From an uncultured Campylobacterales bacterium (lineage in GTDB: Bacteria > Campylobacterota > Campylobacteria > Campylobacterales > CAZCQG01), in assembly GCA_964500775.1 (NCBI GenBank), contig CAZCQG010000006.1, positions 5,584 through 69,583 on the forward strand: a stretch of 64,000 nt of DNA, written 5' to 3'. Shown piece after piece: positions 21,419 to 31,151 of the stretch. Position 1 is the stretch's first letter. Each line of letters opens with the position of its first letter. The translations under genes and the position numbers were made by a program. A model generated the notes under the pieces. It was not told the DNA's origin. It worked only from the letters and a program-made list of their open reading frames with translations, and did no database searches.

Positions 21419-21819
21419 TGAAAATAAACCCTCTCTATATTTTGGTACTCATTACTTCCGTCATAGCGATGCTTGTGATACAAAATAATAAATACGCCGA
21501 AACGCTAAAAATAAGCAATAAAAACATAGAGATACTCGAAAAAAAAGGGCAAAAGCTCACGCAATTAAAAGAGGACTGGGGCAACAAAGACGCTTTGGCA
21601 AAAATCAAAAGAATCCTCAAAAACCAAAAACTGACCGAAGCTACTATCGATATGGTTGAAAGCGATAAAAAAATAACTCTTAGCTCCAAAGGGATTACTG
21701 CCGTAGAGCTTGATACATTGTCCTCATCGATACTCAATGATACACTAGAGGTAAAAGCGTTTGAAGTGGAGCGCAAAACCCCTTTAATAAGTGCATTTTA
21801 TATGGAGATAGCGAAATAA
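21415..21819 (+). CDS. GspM-slot small bitopic membrane protein
   Basis: 134 aa with an N-terminal TM helix (LYILVLITSVIAMLVI) and a ~105-aa periplasmic domain. ATGA overlap with the upstream gene. Assigned from size, topology and position only. Confidence 0.35.
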   Translation: MMKINPLYILVLITSVIAMLVIQNNKYAETLKISNKNIEILEKKGQKLTQLKEDWGNKDALAKIKRILKNQKLTEATIDMVESDKKITLSSKGITAVELDTLSSSILNDTLEVKAFEVERKTPLISAFYMEIAK

Positions 21820-22355
21820 TGGCAAAAAAATTACTCAAGGGTTTTCTCTTTTTTCTCGCGTTATTACTTCTCATAATCATCTTTTTACCGAAAAAAAATC
21901 TCTACTATATGCTCGAATCACAATTACTACAAGAGAATAAAATTATCCTTTCGGATGAAACACTCAAAGATCAATACCTCTATCTCGATGTTTCAAATGC
22001 GACTTTGTATTATGAAGGGATAGAAGCGGGTCTAGTGGGCAATATCAAATTTGTCCCCTTAATTTTTGCAAATATCATCAATGTCGATAACGCAAGTTTT
22101 AGTAGCGAAATCAGCAATATCATCCCTAAAAAAGTTCAGAACCTAAGAATCTACCACACCATAATAGACCCGCTAAACATCAACATAACCGCAAAGGGGG
22201 ATTTCGGTGAGATTTTCGGTTTTATTAGTTTGGCTACGCAAGAGCTATTTTTAGAGCTTATTCCCAGTGAGAGTATGTACACGAAATATCGGGGAATCTT
22301 ATTGAAATTTAAAAAGGTGGATAACAAGTATGTCCTCAGTACAAAACTTCAATAA
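21819..22355 (+). CDS. GspN-slot membrane-anchored protein (function unassigned)
   Basis: 178 aa with an N-terminal TM helix (GFLFFLALLLLIIIFL). TAATG junction with the upstream gene. No recognisable motif. Confidence 0.3.
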   Translation: MAKKLLKGFLFFLALLLLIIIFLPKKNLYYMLESQLLQENKIILSDETLKDQYLYLDVSNATLYYEGIEAGLVGNIKFVPLIFANIINVDNASFSSEISNIIPKKVQNLRIYHTIIDPLNINITAKGDFGEIFGFISLATQELFLELIPSESMYTKYRGILLKFKKVDNKYVLSTKLQ

Positions 22356-23142
22356 AACCGCTTCGGTTATCCTCATACTCGCTCTTATCGCAAAGACTAT
22401 CGCTATAGGTTTATTTTATTATCTCCCCAAAGACGGGATAGATTTTAATTTGCAAGAAAAAATAACCCTCCCCTACCACGGATATAGATTCTCAAAAGCA
22501 CTCGGTCTAAACGAAGAAGCGGTGCAACAAGTCAATATTCAAAAGCCAAAAGAGATATATTCTATCGACGATATGGTGCTCAAAGCGGTATACGTAGAAG
22601 AGCAAGGGGGATTTATCTTCGTATCGCACAAATCTGAGCTCGACAAAACGGTGCTCCTGAATATCGGCGATGAATTTAAAGGGTATCTTTTGGAAAAAGT
22701 CCAACCCAAAGAGGCGATCTTCTCTATGGGCGGCAGAGAGTATAAGCTTAGCCTCATACAAGAGAGCGAAGAGGCGCAAATAGAAGAATCTATCTCTATG
22801 GAAGAAAACGTAGCAGGTGATGACGCGGTGCGGGTTCTCCCTAAAAAAGGGGTGGAGTATTACACCAATAATCTCAAAGACATATGGAAAAACATCGCGA
22901 TTAAAGAGTACCGCGAAGGGAACAAGATCGCAGGATTTGTCATCACTTCGATAAAAAAAGGATCTCTTTTTGACAAGTTAGGTCTTGAAGAAGGGGATGT
23001 CATCGTCGCCGTAAACAATAAGGAGATCAAGAGTTTCGCGCAAGCATTCGGCGCATACCGAGACTTAAAAAGTGCTCCTGCCATCAAACTCACTATACTA
23101 AGGAACGGCATCAAAAAAGAGCTTGAATACGAAGTGATGTAG
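22330..23142 (+). CDS. gspC: type II secretion system protein C (TM anchor + HR-like region + C-terminal PDZ)
   Basis: 270 aa. N-terminal TM helix, a central region (VLKAVYVEEQGGFIFV...GYLLEKVQPKEAIFSMGGREYKL), and a PDZ domain (GFVITSIKKGSLFDKLGLEEGDVIVAVNNKEI). Sits immediately upstream of the secretin. Confidence 0.7.
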   Translation: MSSVQNFNKTASVILILALIAKTIAIGLFYYLPKDGIDFNLQEKITLPYHGYRFSKALGLNEEAVQQVNIQKPKEIYSIDDMVLKAVYVEEQGGFIFVSHKSELDKTVLLNIGDEFKGYLLEKVQPKEAIFSMGGREYKLSLIQESEEAQIEESISMEENVAGDDAVRVLPKKGVEYYTNNLKDIWKNIAIKEYREGNKIAGFVITSIKKGSLFDKLGLEEGDVIVAVNNKEIKSFAQAFGAYRDLKSAPAIKLTILRNGIKKELEYEVM

Positions 23143-23176
23143 AATTCCTTTAACTGGAATGTATTTTGCTTAATAT

Positions 23177-23201
23177 GCCTTGAAAACCCATATTTCAAGG
23201 C
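23177..23201 (+). promoter_or_regulatory. perfect 9-bp hairpin between gspC and gspD that includes the gspD Shine-Dalgarno
   Basis: GCCTTGAAA (23177-23185) pairs with TTTCAAGGC (23193-23201) around a 7-nt loop. The AAGG at 23197-23200 lies 6 nt before the gspD ATG (23207) and is in the 3' arm. Confidence 0.4.
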
Positions 23202-23206
23202 TTTGA

Positions 23207-25063
23207 ATGAAGTATTTTAGACTGTTTCAAGCGATAATTTTAGCGCTACTTATTGCCCTTTCGCCCTTGAGCGGCGCGTATGATTATAAAAATTCAGGCT
23301 CTACGCCCGTCAAGATCGACTTCAAAGATCTAGAGATAAACGACTTCATAAAGCTGGTTTCAAAAATCCTCAATAAAAACGTATTGCTAAGCTATGATAT
23401 TCCCGGTAAAGTGGAGTTTATCTCCAATGCACCTATTTACAAAGAAAACATATTAGAAATTCTCCTCTCCACGCTTGATTCCAAAGGATACACGCTAGTA
23501 GATAGCGGCACCTATTTCGAGGTGGTCAAAAGTAATGAAGCGACAAACTACAACCTTCCTATCGTGCGGAGCGCAAAACACGATTATAAACAAATGGTGA
23601 GCGAGACGATTACCGTGCGAGGCGACACGGCAGAATCGGTCGCCGCCAAGATAAAACATCTCAACTCAAAATACGGAAAAATCATCACCGTAAAAGAGAG
23701 CAATAAACTCCTAGTTACCGATTTCCCGAAAAATATCGAATCGATAAAAGAGACGATCAGGGTCATAGAAAATCAGTACAAAAAAAGTATGAAGGTCGTC
23801 GAACTCTACAATACAAAAGTCGAAAACGTCATCGAAAATATTATGAAGATCTCTAGGGGTCTCCTTGATAGTAGAATCGAAAGCGAAGCTTATGAACTGA
23901 TTCCGAATAAAGAAAACAACTCTATCGTCATGATCGGTACGGAAAAAAGTCTTGAAGTGCTTGATGAAATCATCGCACAGGTGGATGTCAAAAAAGAAGA
24001 GACCGAGATAGTAAGCGACAATACTATCAAGATCGTAAATCTTCATAACTCGGATGCCGAAGAGGTTGCTAAAGTCGTCCAATCCGTCATTAGCGGAAGA
24101 CAATACAAAGATCCTACGGAAAAACCAAACATAAGCGCAGATAAAGAGCTCAACGCAATCGTCGTGATAGGAAGCAAAAGTAGCGTTTATGAGATAGAGC
24201 GCTTAATAGGTGAACTCGACGTAGAAAAACAACAAGTCTACATCAAAGCCCAAATAATCGAAATAAGCCAAAAAAGGACGAAAGACCTAGGTATCAAATA
24301 CGGTTTGGAGGCCGGAACCGCTACTTCCAACGGTCTTTTTACTCTCGGTACGAATCTAGGAGGTTCGGCAATCGCATCTACCTTGGCAAATAGCTTTCTT
24401 AATTTTGATACGAGTGCATTGAAATCAGCCTTTGCCCTTGGGGCATCTCTCAACTTTCTCAAAGTAAATAACGCGGCCGACATCGTGAGCGAACCGACGA
24501 TTTTGTGTTTAGACAATAAAGAATCTTCCATCTTTGTGGGTGAAGTAACTTCTATCACCACGAGTACTACCTCGGGGACAAGTGCGACCGATTTAGCGAG
24601 AAATAGCTTCTCAAGGGAATCGGTAGGCTTATCACTCAAGGTAAAACCGAGAATCTCGCAGGATGGCAAGGTGATGATAGAAGCCCACACGAAACTTGAA
24701 GACTTTTCAGGAAGTGTCAGTGCGAGCGGTCAGCCCGATACGACAAATCGCGAGGTACAAACCGTAGCGATAGTAAAAAACGGTGAAAGCGTCATCATCG
24801 GCGGACTTATCAAAAATAAAGAGACCGACGCGTCCCAAAATGTCCCTTTGCTCTCGGATGTTCCGGTGTTGGGGAATCTGTTTAAATACAATAATGACTA
24901 TAAAGACAAAACAAACTTGGTGATAATACTCACCCCCTATATCGTCGAAAAAAGCTCGAATCTCACCACTCTAATGGAGAAGCTCACAGAGTTAAACAAA
25001 TTGCAAAAACAGTATAATGACCGCGTTTTAAGTGAACTAAACGAAAAGAGAAAAAAATTGTAA
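23207..25063 (+). CDS. gspD: type II secretion system secretin GspD
   Basis: 618 aa with a signal peptide. N0-like domain (KIDFKDLEINDFIKLVSKILNKNVLL...GKVEFIS...L.STLDSKGYTLV), repeated N-domains, and a secretin core ending VPLLSDVPVLGNLFKYNNDYKDKTNLVIILTPYIV. Confidence 0.9.
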   Translation: MKYFRLFQAIILALLIALSPLSGAYDYKNSGSTPVKIDFKDLEINDFIKLVSKILNKNVLLSYDIPGKVEFISNAPIYKENILEILLSTLDSKGYTLVDSGTYFEVVKSNEATNYNLPIVRSAKHDYKQMVSETITVRGDTAESVAAKIKHLNSKYGKIITVKESNKLLVTDFPKNIESIKETIRVIENQYKKSMKVVELYNTKVENVIENIMKISRGLLDSRIESEAYELIPNKENNSIVMIGTEKSLEVLDEIIAQVDVKKEETEIVSDNTIKIVNLHNSDAEEVAKVVQSVISGRQYKDPTEKPNISADKELNAIVVIGSKSSVYEIERLIGELDVEKQQVYIKAQIIEISQKRTKDLGIKYGLEAGTATSNGLFTLGTNLGGSAIASTLANSFLNFDTSALKSAFALGASLNFLKVNNAADIVSEPTILCLDNKESSIFVGEVTSITTSTTSGTSATDLARNSFSRESVGLSLKVKPRISQDGKVMIEAHTKLEDFSGSVSASGQPDTTNREVQTVAIVKNGESVIIGGLIKNKETDASQNVPLLSDVPVLGNLFKYNNDYKDKTNLVIILTPYIVEKSSNLTTLMEKLTELNKLQKQYNDRVLSELNEKRKKL

Positions 25064-25064
25064 T

Positions 25065-26582
25065 ATGTTAAAAATCGAGAGTATCCACGACGTAAGTTTA
25101 GAACCCGTAGAGATAGAGGGGATCGACTTAAATATCGCCCTCAAAAACTATGTTCTTTTTACAAAGTTCGAGGGGAAAACCATCGTTGCCCTCTCCGAAG
25201 AATACCTCACGCAAAGCTTGGATTATATTTCCAAACAAAATTTCAACTACAAAATAAAATTTCTTGATGAAGAATCTTTTGAGCGTCTCTACAATAAATT
25301 TCTAGAGATTCGCACCGATAGAGAGATAGAAAACTTTGAGAGCACCCCTGAAGAGAGCGTAGACGAAGACCTCTCGCTTACCGAATTTTTGCGCAATAGT
25401 GCAGATATTTTAACAAGCGAAGAATCAGCACCCATCATAAAATTCGTAAACTCGTTATTCTATCAAGCGATCAAAAAAAGGGCGAGCGACATCCACGTAG
25501 AGATGCACGAACACAAAGGGGAGGTGCGATTCCGAGTGGACGGCGTACTTATCAAACACGTCGATCTCGACCTCAAAATCACCGCCCTCATTATCTCTAG
25601 GATAAAGGTCATCTCCAACCTCGACATCAGCGAAAAGAGAGTCCCCCAAGACGGCAGGACGCAGGTAAAGATCGCAGGGAAAAAACTTGACATCAGGGTC
25701 TCTGACCTCCCGACGTATTACGGAGAGCGGATTGTTATGAGGATTTTGATGCAGAGTGAGGACATCCCGCATCTCGAAGAACTAGGCTTTAAAAGCGCGA
25801 TGACTAAAGAGTTTGAAAACTTGCTCAAATATAGCCACGGCATCATCCTAGTCACCGGTCCTACGGGGAGCGGGAAATCAACCACGCTCCACTCGTTTCT
25901 CCAAAAGCTCTCCACGCCCGACAAAAACATCATTACCGTCGAAGATCCCGTGGAGTACAAAGCCGATAATATCAATCAGATTCAAGTCAACGCCAAAGTA
26001 GGGTTAACCTTTGCCGCGGGTTTGCGCTCTATTCTTCGTCAAGACCCGGACGTCATTATGGTGGGGGAGATCAGGGATGCCGAAACGGCAAAAATAGCTA
26101 CGCAAGCTGCGCTGACCGGACACTTGGTCCTCTCTACGCTCCACACCAATAATGCCACATCGACTATCGCAAGACTCGTGGATATGGGAGTAGAGCCGTA
26201 TTTGCTCTCTTCCGTTCTAATAGGGGCTTTGGCACAGCGACTGGTGCGTAAACTTTGTCCCCACTGCAAAGAAGAGGACAAGGTCGCCGAAAATTATGCA
26301 CAAGAGTTTAACCTCCCTCAAGGTGCAAAAATCTACAATGCAAAAGGGTGTAGACAATGCAACTATACCGGATACAACGGCAGAGTCGCTGTAGGGGAGT
26401 TGTTTTTGATGAATGATGCGATAAAAAAAGCAATCAAAGATACCACCAACGACCAAATCATCAGGGAATACGCCAAGAAAAAAGGGCTCAAGACCCTCTC
26501 CGATCAGCTCAAAGAGGAGTTGCTAGCAGGCAACACTTCATTAGAAGAGGCGATCAGAGTCGGTTTAAAAGATGATGCGTAA
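25065..26582 (+). CDS. gspE: type II secretion system ATPase GspE
   Basis: 505 aa. Walker A GPTGSGKST, Asp box, Walker B (DPDVIMVGEIRD), His box (TGHLVLSTLHTN) and a tetracysteine motif CPHC...CRQC. Confidence 0.9.
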   Translation: MLKIESIHDVSLEPVEIEGIDLNIALKNYVLFTKFEGKTIVALSEEYLTQSLDYISKQNFNYKIKFLDEESFERLYNKFLEIRTDREIENFESTPEESVDEDLSLTEFLRNSADILTSEESAPIIKFVNSLFYQAIKKRASDIHVEMHEHKGEVRFRVDGVLIKHVDLDLKITALIISRIKVISNLDISEKRVPQDGRTQVKIAGKKLDIRVSDLPTYYGERIVMRILMQSEDIPHLEELGFKSAMTKEFENLLKYSHGIILVTGPTGSGKSTTLHSFLQKLSTPDKNIITVEDPVEYKADNINQIQVNAKVGLTFAAGLRSILRQDPDVIMVGEIRDAETAKIATQAALTGHLVLSTLHTNNATSTIARLVDMGVEPYLLSSVLIGALAQRLVRKLCPHCKEEDKVAENYAQEFNLPQGAKIYNAKGCRQCNYTGYNGRVAVGELFLMNDAIKKAIKDTTNDQIIREYAKKKGLKTLSDQLKEELLAGNTSLEEAIRVGLKDDA

Positions 26583-26994
26583 CGCCTTTAGCTTAGTAGA
26601 AGTAGTCATTGCCGTTACCATCATCTCTATGCTCTCGGTCGCGATTCTCCAAGTCTCGCAAAACTCTATCGCTTATACGCAAGATTCTAAAGAGAGATTC
26701 CGAGATACCGTATTGCTTACCCTTGATGTTCGAGAGAATCTAAACAAGAACAAACAAGACGAGTTGTTTATTGATACCCTCCTCGAAGAAAAATACGCTA
26801 TACCCGAGAAAGAGCTGCAATTTTTCAAAGATAAAAAAATAGCCTACAAACTAGAATCCGACGAGGAGCTAAAATTCATACTTCTTGATAAAGAGAGCGG
26901 TATGCCTCCCATCGACTTGCCTCGCCTAGCAAAGGTGACGCTTCGTGACGCAAAACATGGGTCGTTTATCTATATTCTACGAGATGCGCATTGA
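26572..26994 (+). CDS. minor pseudopilin (GspH/I-like)
   Basis: 140 aa. MMRNA|FSLVEVVIAVTIISMLSVAIL is a prepilin-type N-terminus with E+5. Overlaps gspE by 11 nt. Confidence 0.7.
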   Translation: MMRNAFSLVEVVIAVTIISMLSVAILQVSQNSIAYTQDSKERFRDTVLLTLDVRENLNKNKQDELFIDTLLEEKYAIPEKELQFFKDKKIAYKLESDEELKFILLDKESGMPPIDLPRLAKVTLRDAKHGSFIYILRDAH

Positions 26995-27497
26995 AAAAAG
27001 GTTTTACGCTAGTAGAGATAATAGTCGCGATTACTATTTTTAGCATCGCTACACTGTTGATGTACAGGGTCACCGAATCGCTTAGGGTGGCAAACGGCAA
27101 CCTCAAAAGACATTCAGAAATCGCAAAAAACGATAACCTGCTACTAGAAAATTTTAAACTCGATTTTCTCTACTCCGATGAGGGAAATGTTACATACAAA
27201 AAGGGTGAGCGCTTTGATGCTATAATGTTTACCTCAAGACATTCACTATACGGGATTTCTCGACCTTATATCGAATACCACGTATCGAAAAATAAAAAAC
27301 TTTGGAGAGTGGAATCGAGCATAGATCACAATCTGACTATAGAAGACGAACACTTTATGTATGTAAAATTTGATGCCATAGCCCGAGATGTCGAGAGGTT
27401 TAAAGTGTACGAAGCAAACGGGAGTAAGCTAGTATATATACAAAGCGCCGGCAAAGAGCCGCTCTTTTTCGAGCTAGCTCATCCGAGCGCTATATAA
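26991..27497 (+). CDS. minor pseudopilin (GspJ-like)
   Basis: 168 aa, TTG start. MKKG|FTLVEIIVAITIFSIATLL is a canonical G|FTLxE prepilin motif. Confidence 0.7.
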   Translation: MKKGFTLVEIIVAITIFSIATLLMYRVTESLRVANGNLKRHSEIAKNDNLLLENFKLDFLYSDEGNVTYKKGERFDAIMFTSRHSLYGISRPYIEYHVSKNKKLWRVESSIDHNLTIEDEHFMYVKFDAIARDVERFKVYEANGSKLVYIQSAGKEPLFFELAHPSAI

Positions 27498-27500
27498 GTT

Positions 27501-29645
27501 TTATTTTTTCTCCGCCACCATTCTATCGATAATAGAGAATAGCTTCTTACTCGCCCCTTCTGCTTCGTCAAAAAGGCGTACCATCTCCTCGGCATTTTGA
27601 GCCGAAGTCCCTTTTTTGATCATATCCATTGCCTTGAGGACATTTTCATGCACCAATTTATGCGGTGCTTCGAGTTCTCTATACGCTGCGGTATCGCTAA
27701 AGTATCTTTTGCCGTCGCCGCTCTCGTACCATTTGCCTAGTCTGCAAGAGTGGTGATCCCCGAATTCCATCGTCACTTTTTCTTCAAAAGCAGATGAATA
27801 CGCATTGACCTTAAATACCAAGTGGTCGAGTTTTGCAAGGTTTGCAAAAAGTTCATACGAGATGGCTGTATTGCCCTCTTTGATCTCCTTGGAGTTCTCT
27901 ACTAGATTCTCCAATACGTTTCTAAACTCATCGAGTTTTTTCGTAGAGACCTTCGCATACTCTTCTGTTTTTTCGTTAGATTCTAGGCTATGTACGGAGT
28001 TTTGTTTGAGGAGGTTGATATTTACCTCAACCTCGGCGGTAGCTTTTTGTGTACGCTCGGCAAGCTTTCGCACCTCGTCGGCGACTACGGCAAATCCTCT
28101 GCCGTGTTCACCGGCGCGCGCGGCTTCTATCGCTGCGTTGAGCGCTAGGAGGTTTGTTTGATCGGAAATATCTTTGATAAGCATAATGACGTTGCTTATC
28201 TCTTCCACGCTTCGGTTAAGCGATTCGGAGTTGTCACGTGAGACATTTACCATTTCGCTTATAGAGTTTATCGATTCAAAAATCTCATCCATCGAATTTT
28301 GTACATCGTTTACGACCACTTCGTTTTTGCCGTTTACTTCATTGATATTGTTTAACGAAGCGATGTTGTTATTGAGACTTCCTTGGATGTCTTTTGCATT
28401 GAGCGTCGTCCCCTCCACCATCTTTTCGCCTAGGTGGACGGTCAAGTTGCTTCTTCTCAAGTTCTCTTGTGCTTTTGCCGTTGCTTCTTTGGCGTTTTGT
28501 GCATCCCTTTGTGCTGATTCGGCGAGTTTTTGAACTTTTTCTATAAAGATGTTGAAGCTTTTCGCCGCACGTCCTATTTCATCATTACCGTTTACGGGCA
28601 ATCTTTTTGACATATCCGCATCGCCGCTGGCTAGCTCTTCTGCCATCTTATCGAGATTTCTTATCGGAGTGCTCACCGATCCTTTTACTACGATAAGCAA
28701 GAAGAGTAAAATCACGATGTCGATTATCACCATTATCCAAACCTGTCTAAGCAATCCGTCCTTTGAGTTTGCGATGAGCTTTTTCAACTCGTCGGTTTTC
28801 TCGCCGACTACGGCATACGCTACGGTGTTACCCGAAAAATCTTTTATAGGTTCGGATACTAGCACAAACTCATCGGTTATGAGCGTCCCTTTTGTATCCG
28901 ACACGTCCACTTGGGAGATCGAATCTGCAAACATTTTATCCACAGGCTCTTTTTGCGCCAAAGCAAATCCCGCGATCTTCTCTATTTTTGAATCTTTGAA
29001 TATCAAATCGGTATACTCTTTAGTGAGGAGTATCACCGTCTCTTTGTGAAATTGCTCTTTTGCCATCCGCACGATAGAGTTTAGCCCTTGCATAAACTCA
29101 ACCGATCCAAGATACTCTCCATCAGAATCTAGCACCGGAGCCAACCCTCTGATAGTCAATCCCGCTTTGCCCACTTCCACTGCCGCAAGAGGTTTTTTAC
29201 TCTCTTTTACTTTATTTATCGTATGCCTAAAGCTTTTGAGATCATCGCCGAATTTATCGGGTCTCCAATGTCTAACAAAGCTAGTGACGTCTTTAGTGTG
29301 TATGTGGAGTTGAATGTTTTTAAACTGCGTGTTGTTTTTGAAGTTGTCCGAAAGCTCTTGCAACCCTTTGATTGCGATTTCTCTATTGTCCTCTTTTAGT
29401 GCATCGATGACAAATTTATCTTGCGCTAACGTAATAGCGTTTGTAAGACCGATGTCCATCTTGCCGTCAAAGCCGTTCACGAATATACTTCTTAGATTTT
29501 CCGCCTCGCTTGCTTCTATATCTTTCTTGAGTTGATTGAGTGAGTATTCGTAATTAATAATTACGATGATAAACCCTATCAGAATCGATAGAACAAGGGG
29601 AAGATGAATCTTCGTAGCGATAGAGAGATTTTTGAACATTTCCAA
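27501..29645 (-). CDS. methyl-accepting chemotaxis protein with periplasmic Cache-like sensor, HAMP and C-terminal CZB (zinc-binding) domain
   Basis: 714 aa. TM1, a ~270-aa periplasmic domain, TM2, HAMP ([23 protein letters not shown]), MCP signalling hairpin ([38 protein letters not shown]), and a C-terminal H..CRLGKWY...H...H CZB motif. Confidence 0.9.
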   Translation of the reverse strand: MEMFKNLSIATKIHLPLVLSILIGFIIVIINYEYSLNQLKKDIEASEAENLRSIFVNGFDGKMDIGLTNAITLAQDKFVIDALKEDNREIAIKGLQELSDNFKNNTQFKNIQLHIHTKDVTSFVRHWRPDKFGDDLKSFRHTINKVKESKKPLAAVEVGKAGLTIRGLAPVLDSDGEYLGSVEFMQGLNSIVRMAKEQFHKETVILLTKEYTDLIFKDSKIEKIAGFALAQKEPVDKMFADSISQVDVSDTKGTLITDEFVLVSEPIKDFSGNTVAYAVVGEKTDELKKLIANSKDGLLRQVWIMVIIDIVILLFLLIVVKGSVSTPIRNLDKMAEELASGDADMSKRLPVNGNDEIGRAAKSFNIFIEKVQKLAESAQRDAQNAKEATAKAQENLRRSNLTVHLGEKMVEGTTLNAKDIQGSLNNNIASLNNINEVNGKNEVVVNDVQNSMDEIFESINSISEMVNVSRDNSESLNRSVEEISNVIMLIKDISDQTNLLALNAAIEAARAGEHGRGFAVVADEVRKLAERTQKATAEVEVNINLLKQNSVHSLESNEKTEEYAKVSTKKLDEFRNVLENLVENSKEIKEGNTAISYELFANLAKLDHLVFKVNAYSSAFEEKVTMEFGDHHSCRLGKWYESGDGKRYFSDTAAYRELEAPHKLVHENVLKAMDMIKKGTSAQNAEEMVRLFDEAEGASKKLFSIIDRMVAEKK

Positions 29646-29727
29646 TACCTCCTAGTATTGAGGATAAAATCTCTCTATTTTACTAACAATTAACTGAACG
29701 TTACCATAAAAATAAGTTATTAAAAAA

Positions 29728-30246
29728 TTAATTAACTTTTTCTATAGCATTCTGTAGTAGTTTTCTTGCCTCTTCTTTGTTTTGGAACTCTTTTACTTTC
29801 ACCCATTTATTTGGCTCAAGCATTTTATAGGTCTCAAAAAAGTTCTTTATCTTGTCCAAAGTAGCTTTGGGCAAATCCTCAAGCGATTTAATATTTTCGT
29901 ATCTTGGATCGATTTTTGTCACGGGAACCGCAAGGAGTTTCTCGTCTTTGCCGCTCTCATCTTCCATAATAAGTACGCCGATAAGCCTGCAAGGTATCAC
30001 GCTACCTGCTTGGAGCGGGTATTCGTTGAGTACGAGTATGTCGGCAGGATCACCGTCGTCCGCCAGTGTATTAGGTACAAAACCGTAGTTTGCAGGATAA
30101 AACATCGCGCTGTACATCACTCTATCTACCACAACCGCACCGCTTTCTTTATCTATCTCATACTTGATGTTTGACCCGAAAGGTATCTCGATTACTGCGT
30201 TGATTTTTTCGGGATTTGACCCGATCTCGATTTTTGAAATATCCAT
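29728..30246 (-). CDS. ppa: inorganic pyrophosphatase (family I)
   Basis: 172 aa. EIPFGSNIKYEIDKESG...VDR....MFYPANYGFVP.TL..DGDP.D.LVL is the classic Ppa signature. Confidence 0.9.
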   Translation of the reverse strand: MDISKIEIGSNPEKINAVIEIPFGSNIKYEIDKESGAVVVDRVMYSAMFYPANYGFVPNTLADDGDPADILVLNEYPLQAGSVIPCRLIGVLIMEDESGKDEKLLAVPVTKIDPRYENIKSLEDLPKATLDKIKNFFETYKMLEPNKWVKVKEFQNKEEARKLLQNAIEKVN

Positions 30247-30270
30247 TTTAAGCTCCTATAATAATTGTTA

Positions 30271-30383
30271 AAGACCCCTCCGTAATCCTCACGATACGCT
30301 TTGTCCCGACGGGTCGAAATCTCTGATTTCGGGGGCTCCCGTCGTGCGGCAACTGCGAGGAGTGCGGATTACGGAGAGGTCTT
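30271..30383. other. GC-rich ~113-nt imperfect extended palindrome (structured RNA or REP-like element candidate)
   Basis: AAGACCCCTCCGTAATCC...CGACGGG.TCGAAATC-TCT-GATTTCG...CCCGTCG...GGATTACGGAGAGGTCTT. There are three nested helices: an outer one of ~18 bp with 1 mismatch, one of 7 bp, and an apical one of 7 bp. It is intergenic between the cinA-like gene and ppa. Confidence 0.4.
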
Positions 30384-30386
30384 GTT

Positions 30387-31151
30387 TTAAATTTCTTCGC
30401 CGACTGTATATTGCCAGTCATTGTTTTCTATATACTCCACTAGCTTGCCGTACCAAGTATCCAAAAGGATTTTATCGTAGCCCCTTATCGAAATGGTGAC
30501 TTCAGGGGTGTATCTACCCTCTTTATAGTTTCCCATCCGAGGCAACGAAGAGACTTCGATTCCTTCAGGGACACTCTTCATATACTCGATGAAGCGCTCT
30601 TCGCTCACCGCCAAGCTCACGGTATAAGAGTGCCTCTCTTCCCCTTGCGGGAAATGGCGCTCCACTACCCATTCACACATCGGCGCTGCCATCTCCGGAA
30701 AGCCGGGCATAAAGAAAAATCGCCCCTCCAAGCTAAATCCGGGGACTTGATTAATAGGATTTGGTATGAGTCCTGCCCCTTTTGGGAGCTTTGCCATATT
30801 GATTCTATTGGGATACGCCGCCTCGCCGAATCGTCCCGTGATGATACTAGCCGCCTCTGCGTGCAGCTCCATCTCTCCTGCACTAAAGACACGTGCCGCG
30901 ATCTCTCGCGTGTAGTCATCAGGCGTAGCGCCGATACCGCCGAAGCAGAACATCACGCTCTCTTCCGTGTTTTTTATTAGCTCAAAGACGGAGCTTAATA
31001 GCTCCACTTTGTCCTCTATCATAAAACTGCCGGAGTGATTCCAGCCCTTTTGCAATAGCAAGGCGTTCACCCGTTTAAAGTGGGCATCTTCACGCCTGCC
31101 GTTTAGTAATTCAGTACCGATGATGACGGTAAAGAATCTAGGGTGCTTCAT
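30387..31151 (-). CDS. CinA-like / MoCF-binding (molybdopterin-binding fold) domain protein
   Basis: 254 aa. [17 protein letters not shown]...[16 protein letters not shown] matches the MoaB/MogA/CinA N-terminal fold pattern. Confidence 0.6.
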   Translation of the reverse strand: MKHPRFFTVIIGTELLNGRREDAHFKRVNALLLQKGWNHSGSFMIEDKVELLSSVFELIKNTEESVMFCFGGIGATPDDYTREIAARVFSAGEMELHAEAASIITGRFGEAAYPNRINMAKLPKGAGLIPNPINQVPGFSLEGRFFFMPGFPEMAAPMCEWVVERHFPQGEERHSYTVSLAVSEERFIEYMKSVPEGIEVSSLPRMGNYKEGRYTPEVTISIRGYDKILLDTWYGKLVEYIENNDWQYTVGEEI

